Notes: generated by a model not told the origin, from the letters alone. 64,000 bases of DNA from Lama guanicoe (GCA_013239625.1 MU053933.1:1118001-1182000), one strand, 5' to 3'; shown: positions 47,556 to 61,802, counted from the stretch's first letter. Numbers and translations are program-made.

Positions 47556-50515
47556 GGCCGTGGCCGCCCGTGCATGGCCTGACTTTTTATAGTTTGCACA
47601 GCAAACATTTTACACAGTTTTATTGCTAACATGTTTTATATGTAGGTCTAGAAGAGTGCACTTTTGTACTTCATAGTGAGCTCGGCCGGTGCAGCGACTT
47701 CTTTCAAGGTGTGTGTGTGCTTGTGTGTGCGTATGTGTGTTTTTAAGGAAATTCTTTAAAGGTTTAACTCTAAAAATGTGATGAATGACAACTCCCCCCA
47801 CGAACCCCCAGTTAGATTGAGGACTAGTGCTGCCATGTTCTAAAAAATCATGCAGTTTTAATTTAGTTCTGTGGTTCAAGCCGGTCTCAGCGGGCTAATT
47901 TCTTTGCGAAGCCCATGGATTTGAAAGAAGCTTCTGCACCTTAAACGGCCAATGCGAGGTGTCGGCGACACAGTAAGCGGAGTGTGGCCTGGTGGTGAGC
48001 GTACAGCAACTGAAACACGGCTGCGCGCGTCCCTAACCCTGTGTCGTTTGCTACGTGTGAAAAGAAACGCCTATTTTTACCTTGCTGGAATTATTGGATA
48101 AAAAGCTATTTTTATAAATTCGTTATGAATTGGATTATGACTATGTCGAGGATACAGTTTCTAGGGAGGAAACAGTACATGCGTACTGTCTCAATTTGGA
48201 ATGCTCTGAGTTGTCCAAATTTAATGATCCTGCCCAAAGTTAGCTAACACTCCATGGTTCTCTGCTATCCCAGGGTGGTAATTTACACTTACTACTATAA
48301 AAGAAACAACTATTTAATGAAATTTTGATATCTTCAAATTTTAGTTTATATGTAAATGCTCAGATTGCATTTTACACTGATCTAAACGTATATCTAAAGG
48401 TATTTGCTAAGTAGGACTTAGGGAAGTGAAATGGTAGCTGGTAATCAATTAAAAGCTCTTACCAACATATTTCAGTCTAAGTTAAATTTGGCTACAGTTA
48501 AGTGGTCAGTACACCATATTAGCTAAGTATCGTTTTAGAATTTTTTTAGCCAGCCATATGTTATGCATAGAACGTTCATTATAAACTGAAACGCCCTCTG
48601 TCCCATCGGCTCAGAGCTGGGCTAGGTACGGACACTTGGCTTTGTGGCGTAATTCCAGATACCTGCTGAGGGGCGGGGACGGGCGGGAGCTCCTGCCACT
48701 GGAGCCACGCCGGCCGCTGGGCCCGTGTCGGTGTTTTCTCCCCTACGCTGCTGCTCCGGGCCTTCCAGAGCCTTCTTGTCTGACTCGATCACATCAGATC
48801 TGGAATCATTTTAGGGCTTCTGATTCCTGGTGACAAGACAAACCAAAAGAATGAACTGGGTTTTGCTTACTTGGATTTTGCTTTGTTTTCTTTGGTTTAC
48901 TTTCAAGTGGGGCTTTCAGAGAGAAAACAGGCCACCTGCTTCACGGAGGATGCCTTTACATAACAGCTAACGGGGGGGGGGGGGGGTGGCGAAGCTCAGT
49001 GCGCCTGCAGCCGGGTCTCCCGCGGGAAGGGAGTCGGGTCCTGCAGTGCCGCCGTGGTGGCGGTTAGGGACGGCGGCTGCACTGGAGGATAGTTTAAGCT
49101 AGGGCAGATTTTTTTTTCTGGAACTGACTTTTCCCCTCAAAAGTATTAATAATTAAAGTTAGTCATGGAGAATACTTCCTGGATAACTTAGACGGAAGCA
49201 AGAACCACAAAGAAATTTCTTTTAAAATATTTCAGGAGCTTTAAAAGAAAAACTTGACTATTGACTCTTTTGGGGAGAAAATAATTTTTAAGCAGCTATT
49301 ACATTCCTTATTTATAAACTTTTTTTGATATTTTAAGTCAAGTCTGCACAAGTATAAAAGATCCTCTTAACTTAAATTCTGTCATCATTGGACTTCTTAG
49401 GACTAGGACCCGTGGAAGGTGGCCAGCCCCTCCCTGCCTCCCTCCCTCCCTCCGCTCTTTAGTTCAGGCAGTGAATGCACTCGCAGAACGTGGACTCACA
49501 CAGGTCAGTGTTTCTGCCCCACCAGAAATCGTGTCCCTGAGTGTGGACCGTGGATGAGGGCTGCACAAGCCGAGTCCGTGTGGAGATGGGGCTGCGTCTG
49601 GGACCCCTGTTGGCACCCAGTGCCGTGGCCTGTGTCTCTCCAGCTGAAGTCGGTTTTCTTAAGCCCTAAATTCTTACTATGTTCAGAGGAACAGCAAGAA
49701 GATCTTTAGAGAGGGCACCTGTGGACATAGCCTGAGGGCCCTTCACCTCTGCCCGTGAGTAACTACGGGGATTTTAAACAACCCGGCAGGCAGAGTGCTT
49801 TGGTCCTTAAACCACTGCCCAGCCAGTTGGTTGGCGGTTTGCGCCTCAGAAGCACCCGTTTCCCAGCGCGAGCGGACTGCGAGAGTGTGAGGTCGCAACC
49901 CCACTGAGCTTGCATTGTAAATGAACAGATTTGATCCTGACTTCGCTCTTGTTAACTTTTCCCCCGTGAAGGATGCTTTTGAGTGCATTTTGAGACCCCA
50001 GTGAAACACGTTGCGTGGTCCCCGGCTCGGTGTCGAGTGGGCCGCAGGCCGGGTGGGCTCCAGCTGACGTGCTGACCCGGCGCTCCGTTGTTTGATTCCA
50101 GATGTAAAACAGGTTAAGAGTGTATCCGGTGTGCAAAGTAAGGTGGGCCGCGTCCCCAGCTGGCTCTTGGGCCACAGGGCCAGGCTGCTGGAAGCTCACA
50201 CCTGAGGGCTCCAGGAGTCCCTCCCAGTGACCCGCCGATGGCCTGATGCTCCCTGGGCGCCAGGGCCGGGGAGCACTTTTTCTTTGAGACGAACTCAGAC
50301 ACACCCGGAGGGTGCCAGGGCCCACCTCTGGCAGTCAGTGAGAGACAACCCCGCGGCCTTGCTTTGTTTAGGTGTGTTTGGTCCATGAACTGACAATCTT
50401 TAAATGTGAATACTGTAACAATGTTTTCTTGGATTGTTGTCTTTGAAGGGGATTTTTGTGAAGCAACTGATTTATCAAAGCAAAAAAATTAAAGACAGAA
50501 ACATGTTTCATGGAT
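47556..50515 (+). other. PKNOX1: PKNOX1 3'UTR (end approximate)
   Basis: Repeat-free, with AT-rich blocks and miRNA seed sites, leading to a poly(A) signal. Confidence 0.7.
50488..50493 (+). terminator. PKNOX1: Likely PKNOX1 poly(A) signal ATTAAA
   Basis: ATTAAA followed ~20 nt later by the GT/T-rich ggatgttttgttttct. Confidence 0.65.
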
Positions 50516-53500
50516 GTTTTGTTTTCTAAAGCTCATGGCACCACAGCTGCTTGTCCGTTTTAAGAACAACATTCCAATGTTGACATGTTCGCCGGTGACA
50601 CTTGGGGTTCAGAGTGACCCCCGCACATTTTAGAAATTGGCTGCACTGCACCGGAGCATTCAGAGCCGTTTACGCTTTCAAGACTCTTAAGTTTCTTCAG
50701 TTAGTCATTGGTTTTCTAGGAAAAAAATGGAAAGTTTTTATCTGTTCTTTTTGATTGTAGTTTATTATAAATTAATTATTTTGCTAGTTAATGAGAAGAA
50801 AATGATTCATCGGTAAGGTGCTGCCTGTCATAGTTCAGGCCGTCAGATGACACGCCAGAGCTGGTCCCGGCGTCCGGGAGATGGAGAGCCCTAACCCCCT
50901 GCACAGTGTGCACTTGGAGGCCGAAGTCAGTCAGCAGGCATAAGTGTTTTTAAAAGTGCATCTAAAATCGTGGGCTTTGCGGGAGCTGAGGAGCGGCAGC
51001 TGAGAAGTGGTTGCTCCAACAAAGTGGGGTCACCAGCCCTCCCTCCAGGCCCTCCAGGTCGGAGCTGGGAGGGTGGGCGTGGGGTTCAGCCAGGAGAGAC
51101 CAAGGCCAGCCCTCCACCCTCCGGCTCCAAGCACTTCATCTGCAAGCGGGAAGCCGTTCGTTGATAAAAGGAAGGAATTGGTTCATGAGGTTTAGTCTAG
51201 CTCAGGGTAGTACGTGCCTAATAAAATTCCATCTGGAGAGGGACAAGTAAGTGAGTGATGCAAATCCTGGAAGTGAGAGCTGTTGTGGAGACGTTCAGCG
51301 CTGGGTTTCGGGGTGTCAGGCGGGGGCCCTCAGTAACGTGTACTGCGTTCCTCCCACGTGCTGTGCTGTGTGTGCTCCAGGAAGACGTTCTTGGCACAAG
51401 TTACCGGTGCCGTTTTACAGTTGATCCTCTCGTCTGAAGCCCTGAGATCTCCGTACCACTTTTAAATTAAAATTTGCAAAACTCTGTAGAGCAGTAGCAC
51501 CTGAGCGCGTGCGCCCTGACGGAGTGGGTGCTGGTCCGCCCCGTCTCTCTCGGCTCCGCCCTGGCCCGGCTGTAAAGGGCTGCTTGCTGTTGCTCAGTCA
51601 CTAGCTTGGGGGGTGCTTTGCGTGCACACGGTGCTCAGAGGGCACTGTCCTACACAGAAGCTTTCGTTTATTTATATCTCTGTTTAAACGAGCCCGAGAC
51701 TGCAGCCCGTGAAGGCCAGTAGCGGCCCTGGTGCAGAGGGCGAAGCGGGGGCCCCGCGTCCCAGCGCGTGTGAGGAGGAACGTTTTGACGCAGTTGTTGG
51801 CTTCAGCTGCCTGGACCTTTTTGGAAAATGGTTGGTAGAAAAAATCGGGTATTTTTTTTTAACATTTTGCTTTATGTTAACTCGGGTTTTTTTCCGTTAT
51901 TAACACCATGTCAACCCCTGTCAGAAATAAGCTGAAGTCCTTAGCGGTGTGTGCTCTCAGCGCGCAGACCTGAGCGCTCCAGCCAGAGCGTTCGGCTGGA
52001 GGGCAGCAGCCGCTCAGCCTGGGGCCCTGGGGCGGGGCTTTGGGGGGCCCTGCTCAGAGCAGTCTGGGAGAGGTGGGGCCTCGGGGTGATGACCACAAAG
52101 CCAGCAGAAGATGACATGGGAGCCCCTCTTCGTGACCTCCGGGTGAGGAAGACCTGAGAGCCCGAACGTAAGTCGCAGGACACAGCAGTGGCGGGTTTGG
52201 CCGGGTCGGGAGGACGCTTGTTCCATGAGGGGCAGTGCAGACCGTCAGCCGGCGGCCATCTGACGGAAGTGTCTTCCTCTGCTTCTGTTTTACCTTCACA
52301 GCTGACGAGGAGTTCACGTTTAGGATTAAAGGAGAATTCCTGGAAATCAAGAGAAAATGACAGGGTCTTAACAGTCAGTCCACTGAAGGGGAAACCCCAC
52401 GGCCAACAAGCACGGGAGGAAGCCCCAGGCCGGAACCGGAGCTCCGTCACCTTGGGCAGTGAGGCTGCCCTCCGTCAGGCAGAGGTTGGAGAGGTGGCGT
52501 GAGTGTCACCGGACGCCGCTGTGGTGCTCGCGGGCCCTGAGGAGTGAGGCGTGCTGTGCCCTGCGGGGAGCCGTTGGCAGGTTCCCACGAGGACCCGTGC
52601 AGAGGTGGTCCTGGCAGTGCTGTCGTCTGTGGGGGCAGAGTCACAGAGGCACCCTGGGTGTCCGTGTGAGTGGCGTGCGGCCGCTGGCCGCAGGGATGGT
52701 GGCACGCGGACACGCCCGGGTCTGGCTCCTGGCCGCACGGTTTTCTCTGTGGTGTCTCCCGACACAGGATCCAGTGCCGGGGGTGCTTGTGAGCAGTGGG
52801 GACCAGAACCGATGGTCCCCCGCAGCCCACGGTGGGGGGGTTGAGTCGTCCTTCGAGCTGAGTCCTGGGCTTCGGTTTAGGTCTTGTCGTTTCTGCCATT
52901 GCCTCGATTCCTCCGGTTTCCAGCAGACCCTGGGGGGCTCTCTGCTTTGTCCCCTGCCCCGGGTGGAGGCAGGGGGCCCTCCTGCTGTGGCCTCAGTGGC
53001 AGGCAGGGCCTGTGTCCCGGGGTGCAGGCGTCAGCTGTGTCCCCCGCTCCTGCCTCTCCCTGCGTCTGGGCGGGGGCCTGGGGCCTGGCTCAGGGGCTCT
53101 CTCCTGGTCCCCAGAAGCAGGAGTCTACACCCAGGGTGGGGGCTTGTTCCTCCCCTGCTGGATTAAGGCTTTTGCTTCAAATGAGAGAAGGGTCGGGCTG
53201 GTGGGCAGGGGTCTCTCCAGTCCTGCTCCCCACGGTGGCCGGGCCCTGAGCGCCTGGGCCACCTCGTCCTGCGTTTGCCCAGCGGGGGCCGTGCTGCGTC
53301 CCCTCCTGCACTGGAGGGGCTCGTCCCTCTCTGGAAGTCAGTCACTTGGTGGCCGGGCAGCCCTGGCTCCCTGAGCTGGAGGAGAGGTAAGAGTTTGTGG
53401 ACTGCCCACACCTTGCGGTTAGGGTGTGAGCGGCTTTCCCGCTGCAGCCCACGGGGAAGTGGGGCCGCAAAATGACTGAAAACAGGGCTAAGACAGGCCT

Positions 53501-56227
53501 GCTTCTGCTGCTGCTTCCCCGTACAGACCTATCCCACCGTCCCGTTCAGGTAAACGAGGAAGGTGCAGGATGTGGTTTCTCAGGGATTTGCTCCTTTCCA
53601 AAGGCACGCGCCCTAGGGGCCCGGCGGGGGGGGGGGCGGCGGTTGACGGGAGTGGGTCCTGAGGATGGCCCAGCGGAGGTGAGGGGCCCCGTCCAGAGCG
53701 GGGGTGCAGTGCCCGACAAGCTCTCTGCACTGAAGGGCCAAGAGTGGAACAAAGACGGGAGTCAGGAGGGGAAAGCTGTGCCTAGAAGTCATTTTGATTC
53801 AGGATTTAAGGGGTCTCTCACCTTACCATGGAGTGACTAAAGCTGCTCTGCCCCAACTTCCACTGGGGAGCGTTTATTCTCTACCGCGCCAGGGTCCCCT
53901 GGCAGGTCATGTTTTCCCACAAGGGCCGCAGCAGTGTGCCCAGTCCCATTTATTCTGCTAGAACTTTGTCCGTCAGGCACGTCCCCATCCCTGAAACTGG
54001 GAGAGGCTTTTTACCGCCTTGATGTCAGGACTGGATGCAGGGGCCATGGCACCGGCTGACTGAGCTTAAACCAAACGCGATAGCTTCCGCCTGGCGCTGT
54101 ACGGAGGCTGCCCTGGGCCCCCGCCGCCGTGCGGCATGGGCAGAGGTTGTGGCATCCACTCGCAGCCACAGAGCGGGGCCCAGACGAACCGTCCCTCCAC
54201 TGCCTCTGCTTGAGAAGAGGCGTGTGAGCAGGTGGATGTCGTCCCTGCTGACGCCACTCAGGGGGACTGTCCCCCGCACTCTGCAGTGCTGTGCATGGCC
54301 TTTGCGTGGCCTCTACTCCTGCACCGTGTTGGACCCACGGACCCACGAGAAGACACCGGTGAGCCAGGTGGTTCTTGATGCTGATTCGGGATCATCACTA
54401 ACCTACCCCCACTTTGACGTGGGGCCCAAGAAAGGGCATGAAAGGGGCCTGGGTGGGAGTTGCCTATGGCTTTGCAGGGACCTCGCCGCTCTAGCCAGAT
54501 GCCTGCGTCGTCCAAGGCACAACTCTGCGGGGCCACCTTCAGCATGAAGGACCAGCAGGGATGTGCAGCCCGCGGCCCCGCCTTCCAGCCCATTTCACCC
54601 CCGACTTAATGTGCTTATTACTCAGCCCCTGCTGCTGGGGCCCCGGCCACCGCTGAGGCTCAGGACAGCCCACCCAGGTGCTCCAGATCTGACGGGGGAG
54701 GCAGGCGGGAGGTTTCCAGGGCCCGCCCTGCAGTGATGGAGAAGCCTGCCCAGTGCCGGGGAGGAAGAGGTTATTTTGGACTAAATTACAGAAGCCAGAT
54801 GGAATTAACGAAGAGACAGAATCAGAAACCATGGTGGTAGACTAGTCCTGTAGTTTAAGTGCTCGACAGATGAATCAATTGCAAAACAAGTGTCCCCAAG
54901 ATGAAGCCTTTAGGAGCCTGATTTACATAGTGGCCCACTGGGAACAGCAACGTCTGTGTCCTGACGACTCAGGTGCTGCTGCGTCTCTGAAGCGGCTCCC
55001 GCGCGCCCGTCCTTGCTGGATGCCGGCCCAGACTCGGGTGCCGCCGCCCCCACCCAGCCCGAGGTCCTGGCTGCGGGGAGGGGCTGGAGGGCGGGAGAGC
55101 CGACGGACAGCACCCAGGACCCTGGCTTCGTCCTCCTGCCCTGCTGGGAGGGAGCGGGGGGCCCACAGAATCCCAGCAGGGCCCCGGGAGACACTCCTTG
55201 GGTGGCGGGGCCCCCGTGGGGACTGCGCCATCACTTCTGCCAGCAGCAGCGCCCCTGCCTGCGCGGAGCCGGCGGCAGGCCCACCCGGTCCTCCCGTCCT
55301 CAGCCTTCTCGGCCTTGACAGTTGATAGTTTTCAAGGCTACACGCAGCTTGTCCTCCTCTCCCTTTGACATTGTGCGCCTTTAGCTCCGTCAGTGCGTGC
55401 TCCACATCCTGCAACCTTCAGTCTTACAGTGAAAGCAGCTGACATATGTTATTATTACATGGTACAGAAATTTTAACTTAAATTTTAAGGAATTTGGAGA
55501 ACTTAAAAAATTCGGAGGAAGTCTGCTCACACAGGCACACTGTCTGCCACCTGCCTGTGGGGCTGGTCTTCTTATGTCAGCGGGTGGGGTTCCTGCTCCT
55601 GGACACCGGGGAGCATGTCCACTGCCCGGGGAGCCTGGGGGCCGCGCCGAGCTGTCGGAGCAAGGCTCCCACTCCAAAGCCAGCTTCCCAGACCCCAGTG
55701 CGGACCAGGCTGTGTGGCAGGGCCAGCCTTCACACAGAAGCGGCCCCTTCACGCCGGCTGTCTCTCCCAGCGCCCAGAGCCGTGCTGCCCCCACTCCCCA
55801 CCTGGTCTACCTGATGGCCCGGCCTGGCTTTGGTGGAGTTCATGTCAGCTGTTTGGTTTGGCGAGGGGAAGCTGCAGGTGGCACATGTGTGCCGGCGCTC
55901 TGGCAGGTGTCCTCCCTGGCCCGGGAGTCCAGGACCAGGCACACTCGCTCCTCCAGGAGACAGCACCCTGAGCCGAGAATGATGGCCTTCCTCCACCAAG
56001 GGGCCGCCCTTGGACTCAGCTCTGAATGTTCTCCCGCTGCTCATTCTGGTCCCTCAGCCTGTCCGCTGATGGCAAGAGCTGCTCCTGCCCCAGGGCCTTT
56101 GCGCCAGTTGTGCCTTCAGGCTGCCGGGCTCTTGCCCTGCTGTCCGCCAGGCAGCCCAGTGGGAAATGCAGCCTCAAACGTGGCCCCTGTGCCTCCTGGA
56201 GCTCTCCAACCCTTTCCTGCTGTTCCT

Positions 56228-56560
56228 TTCTTTTTAAAATTGTGGCAAACTATACATACAAAATTTACCATCTTAACTATTTTTAGGTGCAAAGTTTATT
56301 TTATCTTCCCAAACAGAAACTCTGTCCCCATTAAACACTCACTCCCCATCGCTCCCACCGTCCTCACTTTCTGTCCCTACGGACCTGGCTCCCCTAGGGC
56401 CCTCTGTGAGTGGAACCAGACACTGTCCTTCTGTGACCGGCTTATCCACTCGTCATAATGTTCTCCAGGTTCACCCACATTGGGGCACATGTCAGAATAT
56501 CCCCTTTGAGGCTGAGTACTGTCCCACCGTGTCTGCAGACCATGCTTTTTACCCAGCATC
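56228..56560 (-). mobile_element. L1MB-like 3' end
   Basis: ttttaaaattgtggcaaactatacatacaaaatttaccatcttaac...ttctccaggttcacccac. Confidence 0.75.
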
Positions 56561-58334
56561 CATCGCTCTCCAGCTTTGCCCTGGTAGCGCTGACCACCAG
56601 TGCACTTATTTCTTGTTTGACTCCTCCCACCAGCAGGGAAGTGGCGCTTGTAACTCTGGGCCTGGAATGGTGCCTGATCTGTGGTGGGGGCTCAGTGAGT
56701 TTCTGGTGAGTGAGTGAATGAATGAGCATCTCAGGTCCCTGCTGTCAACCCCAGGGGTCGTCCTGATTTCCCCTCTGGTGTCAGGAGCTGGCTGGCGGAG
56801 GCCCTCTCCCTGGGCAGGTGAGATGCCCAGCCGTCCCCACTGCTTCCTCCCTCTCGATACTGACCCAGGTGGCAGATGGAAAAGACCCTTGCTGTCAGCC
56901 CACGTGTCTCCGTGTCCATGGGGAGGCATGTTATCAAGCCGGTCTCCTAAGGAATGGAGTGCTGCGGACAGCATTTAAAGCCAAGAAGACAAGATGAGGA
57001 AGAGCTGTAGGGGCTGGAGGCTTCCCGACACTTCCCAGACCTCGCAGAGGGCAGCTGGCTCCCTCTCCAGCTGGTCTGGCCTCTGGTCTTAAGCTGAGCC
57101 TGTGGCACCGGAGAAAAGGTCCCATTGCCCAGCCTCCCTTGCAGGTGGGCCATGTTCCCAAGCAGGCCAGTGGGCCGGCAGCCTCCTGTGCCCAGAGTGA
57201 GAGTGTGCAGCAGAGAGGGTGGGCCCAGCTGAGTCCAGGCTGACCTCTGCTCACCCTTAGAGGGTCCCCGGCACAGGGCTGTGTCCCAGGTCTGCCTGGA
57301 GAAAGGGCAGTGATGGGCTAATTCACTGCTTTTCCAGTTTCCACAGAGGCTCTGTCAGCTTGCCAGGCTGTGTGTCCTCAGGGCTGCATCTGGCCAGGGG
57401 TGGGGGGTGGGGGTGCGGTGGGGTTTGCCTTTTTCAGGTTCACCCAAGTACGCTGTGTGCTGACAGTAGGATCAGCCAGTGGGATCCAAGTGCAAGTGTG
57501 GTGTATGACTTCAGAGGTGTTGACAAAGAGAAGAGGACACTCTCCATTATCCCTTCCTCCTCCCTGCTCACTGGCACGTGTACATAATGGCTGGCACTCA
57601 AGCGGCTGTCTGGGATCACGAGGTAGAAGCCATGTGTTGAGGATAGAGGGAGCAGCAAGGTAGAGAGCCCTTGGGTTTCTGCTGGTGATGGGACTGCTGG
57701 CCTCTGCCCTGTGATTCAGTGAGAGACGTAAACTCCTCTAACCTGAAGGCATCCATTGTCATGTGGGGCTTGCTATCATTTGCAGGAGAACTGAATTATA
57801 ACTGATACAGAGAATCTTGATGCTCATTAGCATACTGAAGGCTCTGAGAAGTCCCGCAGAAAGGAACATAACTGTTTCACCCGTGCTTGCCAGTCAAGCA
57901 TGGAACGTTCTCGCCACCCAGCTCTTCACCCCTTAGGGAACAGCGCCTGGGGTGACAGCTCCACTCAAATGGAAGTGAGTCCTCTCGGTACTTACCGCGA
58001 GTCGGGCGTACTTTCTGAGGAACTTAGTCTGTGTTCCTGGGACCCCATTTCTCAGTAGTGGGTGGGAGAAGGGGCGAGCCGGCTGTCTCAGGAACAGACC
58101 CGGGGCGGATCCAGGCCCCCAGCAACACTGGCGCAAGCCCAGTGCCGTCAGGGCCCCACGGGGCTCCCACTGCCTCGGCGAGGTTTCCTTCTCAAGTTGG
58201 GGGCTGGGGGGGTGGCTATCGTTTGCAGCTCTTTCTGTGTCTGAAATACTGCATTAAGCTCAGCAGTGTATTGTGCAGAGTGAACGAAGTCCACTGTCAG
58301 GGGACAGTTTGATGGTTCCACAATACAAACTCAC

Positions 58335-58765
58335 GCGCGTCTCCGGGGCTGTGGATACGGGACCACACTCGGGGGGCTTAAAGCAACAGACCTGTCCCCT
58401 CACAGCCAGGCAGCCAGGCAGCCAGGAGTCTGAGGTCACGGCTCGGGGGGCGTGCCCCCTGGGAAGGCTCTGGCAGGCGCCTTCCCGCCTCCTTCATTTC
58501 TGGGGATCCAGGCGCCCGTTGGCCAGCCTCGCCCTCCAGTCCCTGGGCCGTGGCCACCTCCTCCCCTTATCTGTGGGTCTCACATCTCCCTCTGCCTCCC
58601 CTGAGATGGACATTTTTACCGCGTTTGTGAGGGCGTCTTGGCCTCGTCTCAAGAACTTCACCTCATCTTCAACCTGCAGAGACTTCCAGACAAGGGAACG
58701 GTCTCAGGGTCCTGGGGTTAGACCTGATGCCTGGGGGGGCCTGTTATTCCTCCTACCACAGTTCT
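58335..58765 (-). mobile_element. MLT1 LTR
   Basis: ggggctgtgg...ggcttaaagcaacaga...ggagtctgaggtcacgg...ggtcctggggttaga...ttcctcctaccaca. Confidence 0.65.
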
Positions 58766-59979
58766 AGTGAAAAATAGATCTTTTAAAAACTTCTCCATCC
58801 TCAGGCCAATCACCCGATGCGTCACTCCGAGATGTCGAGATGTCGTAGCACGTGTCCTGCTGGCTTCGCGCAGCCCTAGCCCCTCCCAGACCTGGTTTGG
58901 GAGAGAGGCCTCCGCCTGCCCAGTTGTCTCTGGGGGTGCAGTGGCTCTTTGACCAGGGGTCCGGGACGGCTTCCCGTACAGCCCGGCAGAGCCAGGAGCC
59001 CCCGCGTTGCCTCCCATCCACCCCCCACCCGTGGATGGCGGCGTGGCCTGCTTGTGAGCCTCAGCTGCCCCCCAGGGGGTCCTGACAGAGGAGCGAGGCC
59101 TGGGCCGCAACAGGAGGCTTTTCCCAGGGGCCTGCTCCCCGGGAAGCAGGGATGGAGGGAGGCGACCAGGACAGCGGGGCAGCTGTGAGCCCCACAGCCC
59201 AGCACAGAGCCCCCAAGGGACCATGGCACGGTCCCTGCTGGCAACTCCCCACACAGGCCGGAGCGCCTGCAGGAGAAAGGGCGAGGCCCCAGGCTGTGGC
59301 TTCAGCGTGTCCCAAAGCCCTGGGTCCCATCGCAGTCTGCAGCTGCCCAGCCCTGCCGTCCTGGGACCCCTACTCCGTCGTCCTGGGGGTGCCTGTTGTG
59401 ATCTCGCCTGGTGGCGCCCTTGTTTTCCTCCTTCGTCTTGGTGGGTGCATCTTCCCACTTCGCCAGACCACGGAGGCCCCTGCCTCGGTGGGAATGTCGG
59501 CGCCCCCCCCCCCGCCCAGGGCTAAGGCCGGTGTGCTTGTGCCTGGGACCCTGGCCGCCTTTCATCCTTGCAGATGATCCCAGGCTGCGCTGCCTGGCCT
59601 CGCAGCCTCCATGGCTGGACGGAGAGGTCGGAGGCTCTTCCCGTTCCCTGGACTCCCTGTGAGCTGCGTCTCCCCAACGCGCCTGAGAGCTTTTCCGGAT
59701 CTTCTGCTCCCCAGTGACCTGATGCCTCACGGCCGTGCTCCACATCAGGTCCTTCCCCGCCGTTGCTCTGGGTGCTGGGTGGACCCTTCCAGTCTGCAGG
59801 CCGGGTCCTCCAGTCGGGGCGGCTTCTTGCGTTACTGCACAGGTGGTTTCCTTCCCTGTCTCTTTTTTTGTTTCTGGAATTCTTACCAATCCGATGTCAG
59901 AACCTGAGAAACTCTGAGGATACTGACCACAAGAAACACGAGGAAAGATCCGTCAAGACACATCATGATTCCCAAGCCA

Positions 59980-61345
59980 CTGAAAACAAGGAAACCGGAG
60001 GACTCACACTTCCCGACGGCAAAACTTACCACAAAGCCACAGCCATCAGAACGGCGCAGCGCTGGCACAGGCCAGGCACGCACACCAGCTGAACAGGACC
60101 GAGTCCAGAAAGAAACCCGCACGTTTCTGCGGCCAGCTGGCCTCCCACGAGAGCGCCAAGGCCATTCAGTGGGGGAAAGAGCGTCTCTTCACCCAATGGA
60201 CAGCCACATACAAAAGGATTAGGTTGGGCCCTCGCCTCACACCACGTACCAAAATCGACTCAAAATGGGTCAGTGAACGAAATGTAAGCGCTAGAATTTT
60301 CAGACCGTTAGAAGAACATGGCCTTAGCTTTGGCAATGGGTTCTTAGATGTATGCCAAAAGCAAAACAAAAGAAAAAAACAGATAAACTGGACTTCATCA
60401 CAAACAAAACACTTGTGCACCAAAGGTCAGTATCAAGAAAGGCAAAAGACACCCCAAGGAATGGGAGAGAATATTTCCAAATCACGTACCTGATAAAGGT
60501 CTAGTGTCCAGAATATTTAAAGATCTTCTGCAGCCGAACAACAAAAGACAACCCAACTTAAAAATGGGCAAAGGACTTGAACAGACATTTCTCCAAAGAA
60601 GATACACAAGTGGCCAAAAAAGCACATGAAAAGATGTTCAACATCATTCGTCAGCAGGGACATGCAGCTCAGAACCACAGTGAGATGCGGCTTTCCACCC
60701 ACTAGCATGGCTATAAAGAACAAAAACCAGAAAATAAAAGTGTTGGCAAGGGCTTGGAGCAACCGGAACCTTCGTGCACTGCTAGTGGGGATGAAAAATG
60801 CTGCAGCTGTGGAACAGTTGCTGTGGTTCCTCAAAAACATTAAACAGAATTATCACGTGGCCCAGCAATTCCAGCCTGGGGTATATAACCAAAGGCACTG
60901 AAAACAGGTGTTCAGACAAATACTTGTGCACAAACGTTCATAGCAGTACTGGACACAGTAGCCTGAGAGTGGAAGCGACCCAGATGTCCATCAGCTGGTG
61001 ACTGGTGAACAAAACGGGGTCCATCCAAGTAATGGAGTATTATCCAGCCACAACGAGGAAGTACTGATTCATGCTGCAGTATGAATGCACCTCAGAAATA
61101 TCGTGCTAAGGGAAATAAGCCAGACACAAAAGGTCACAGATTGTATGATTCCTTTTATATGAACTATCCAAGGCAAGTAAGCCCGTGGGGACAGGGGCAG
61201 ATGAGCGGCAGCCGGGGGTGAGGAGGGGAGGGAGTGACTGCTTACCACGGGGGATGTTTTGGAACCCGACAAAGCTGTGCAATACTGGGAGTGTCATAAA
61301 CGCTACCAAAGTATACATTTTAAATTGATTATTTTAGGTTATGTG
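59980..61345 (+). mobile_element. L1MB-like ORF2 3' part and 3'UTR
   Basis: GGLTLPDGKTYHKATAI and PRLTPRTKIDSKWV are L1 ORF2-like. Also gggcaaaggacttgaacagacatttctccaaagaagat. Confidence 0.9.
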
Positions 61346-61802
61346 AATGTCATCTCAATTTAAAAACCTCCAAACACTCAAGCCAGTCCACCCGACCCAG
61401 CACCGAGGGGACAGCGCTGAGAAGGGCCGCTGAGCCGACCCAGCATTCCTCAGCCCCTTTCTGCGGCTCCCGTCCTGGGCTCTTGGAAAAGGCACTTTCC
61501 TCTGCCTTTCCTCCCCCGCCCTAGTCCTGCTGTGGGTCCACCGCCCACCTGCCTGGCTGAGTTCTCTTTGAATAGACTTGCTTGTGGGAACATTTTTAGG
61601 AGAAAGTTAAAGAAAAACACTTCTGATGGAAAAAACCATAAATAGATTCTCTCAGGCAGCCGAGCGTTGGCAGGGAAAGCCTAACCTTTCTGCCGGCCCC
61701 GGGCTACGCGCTAAGCGTCCTGCACCTGCTTTCTGCTACCGGTCGCGACAGAGCCGTGCCCGGCAGCAGGCGGTTAGCAGTCACGGGGCGGGCTGGGGGG
61801 GT

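Noticed and set aside
48972..48986. G15 homopolymer in the 3'UTR as a functional G-quadruplex
   Set aside because: Homopolymer length is unreliable and there is no other support.
52459..59889. Several 150-290 aa ORFs between PKNOX1 and CBS as a hidden gene
   Set aside because: Overlapping ORFs in many frames of GC-rich DNA, some running into L1 or MLT repeats, with no recognisable domain or consistent exon chain.
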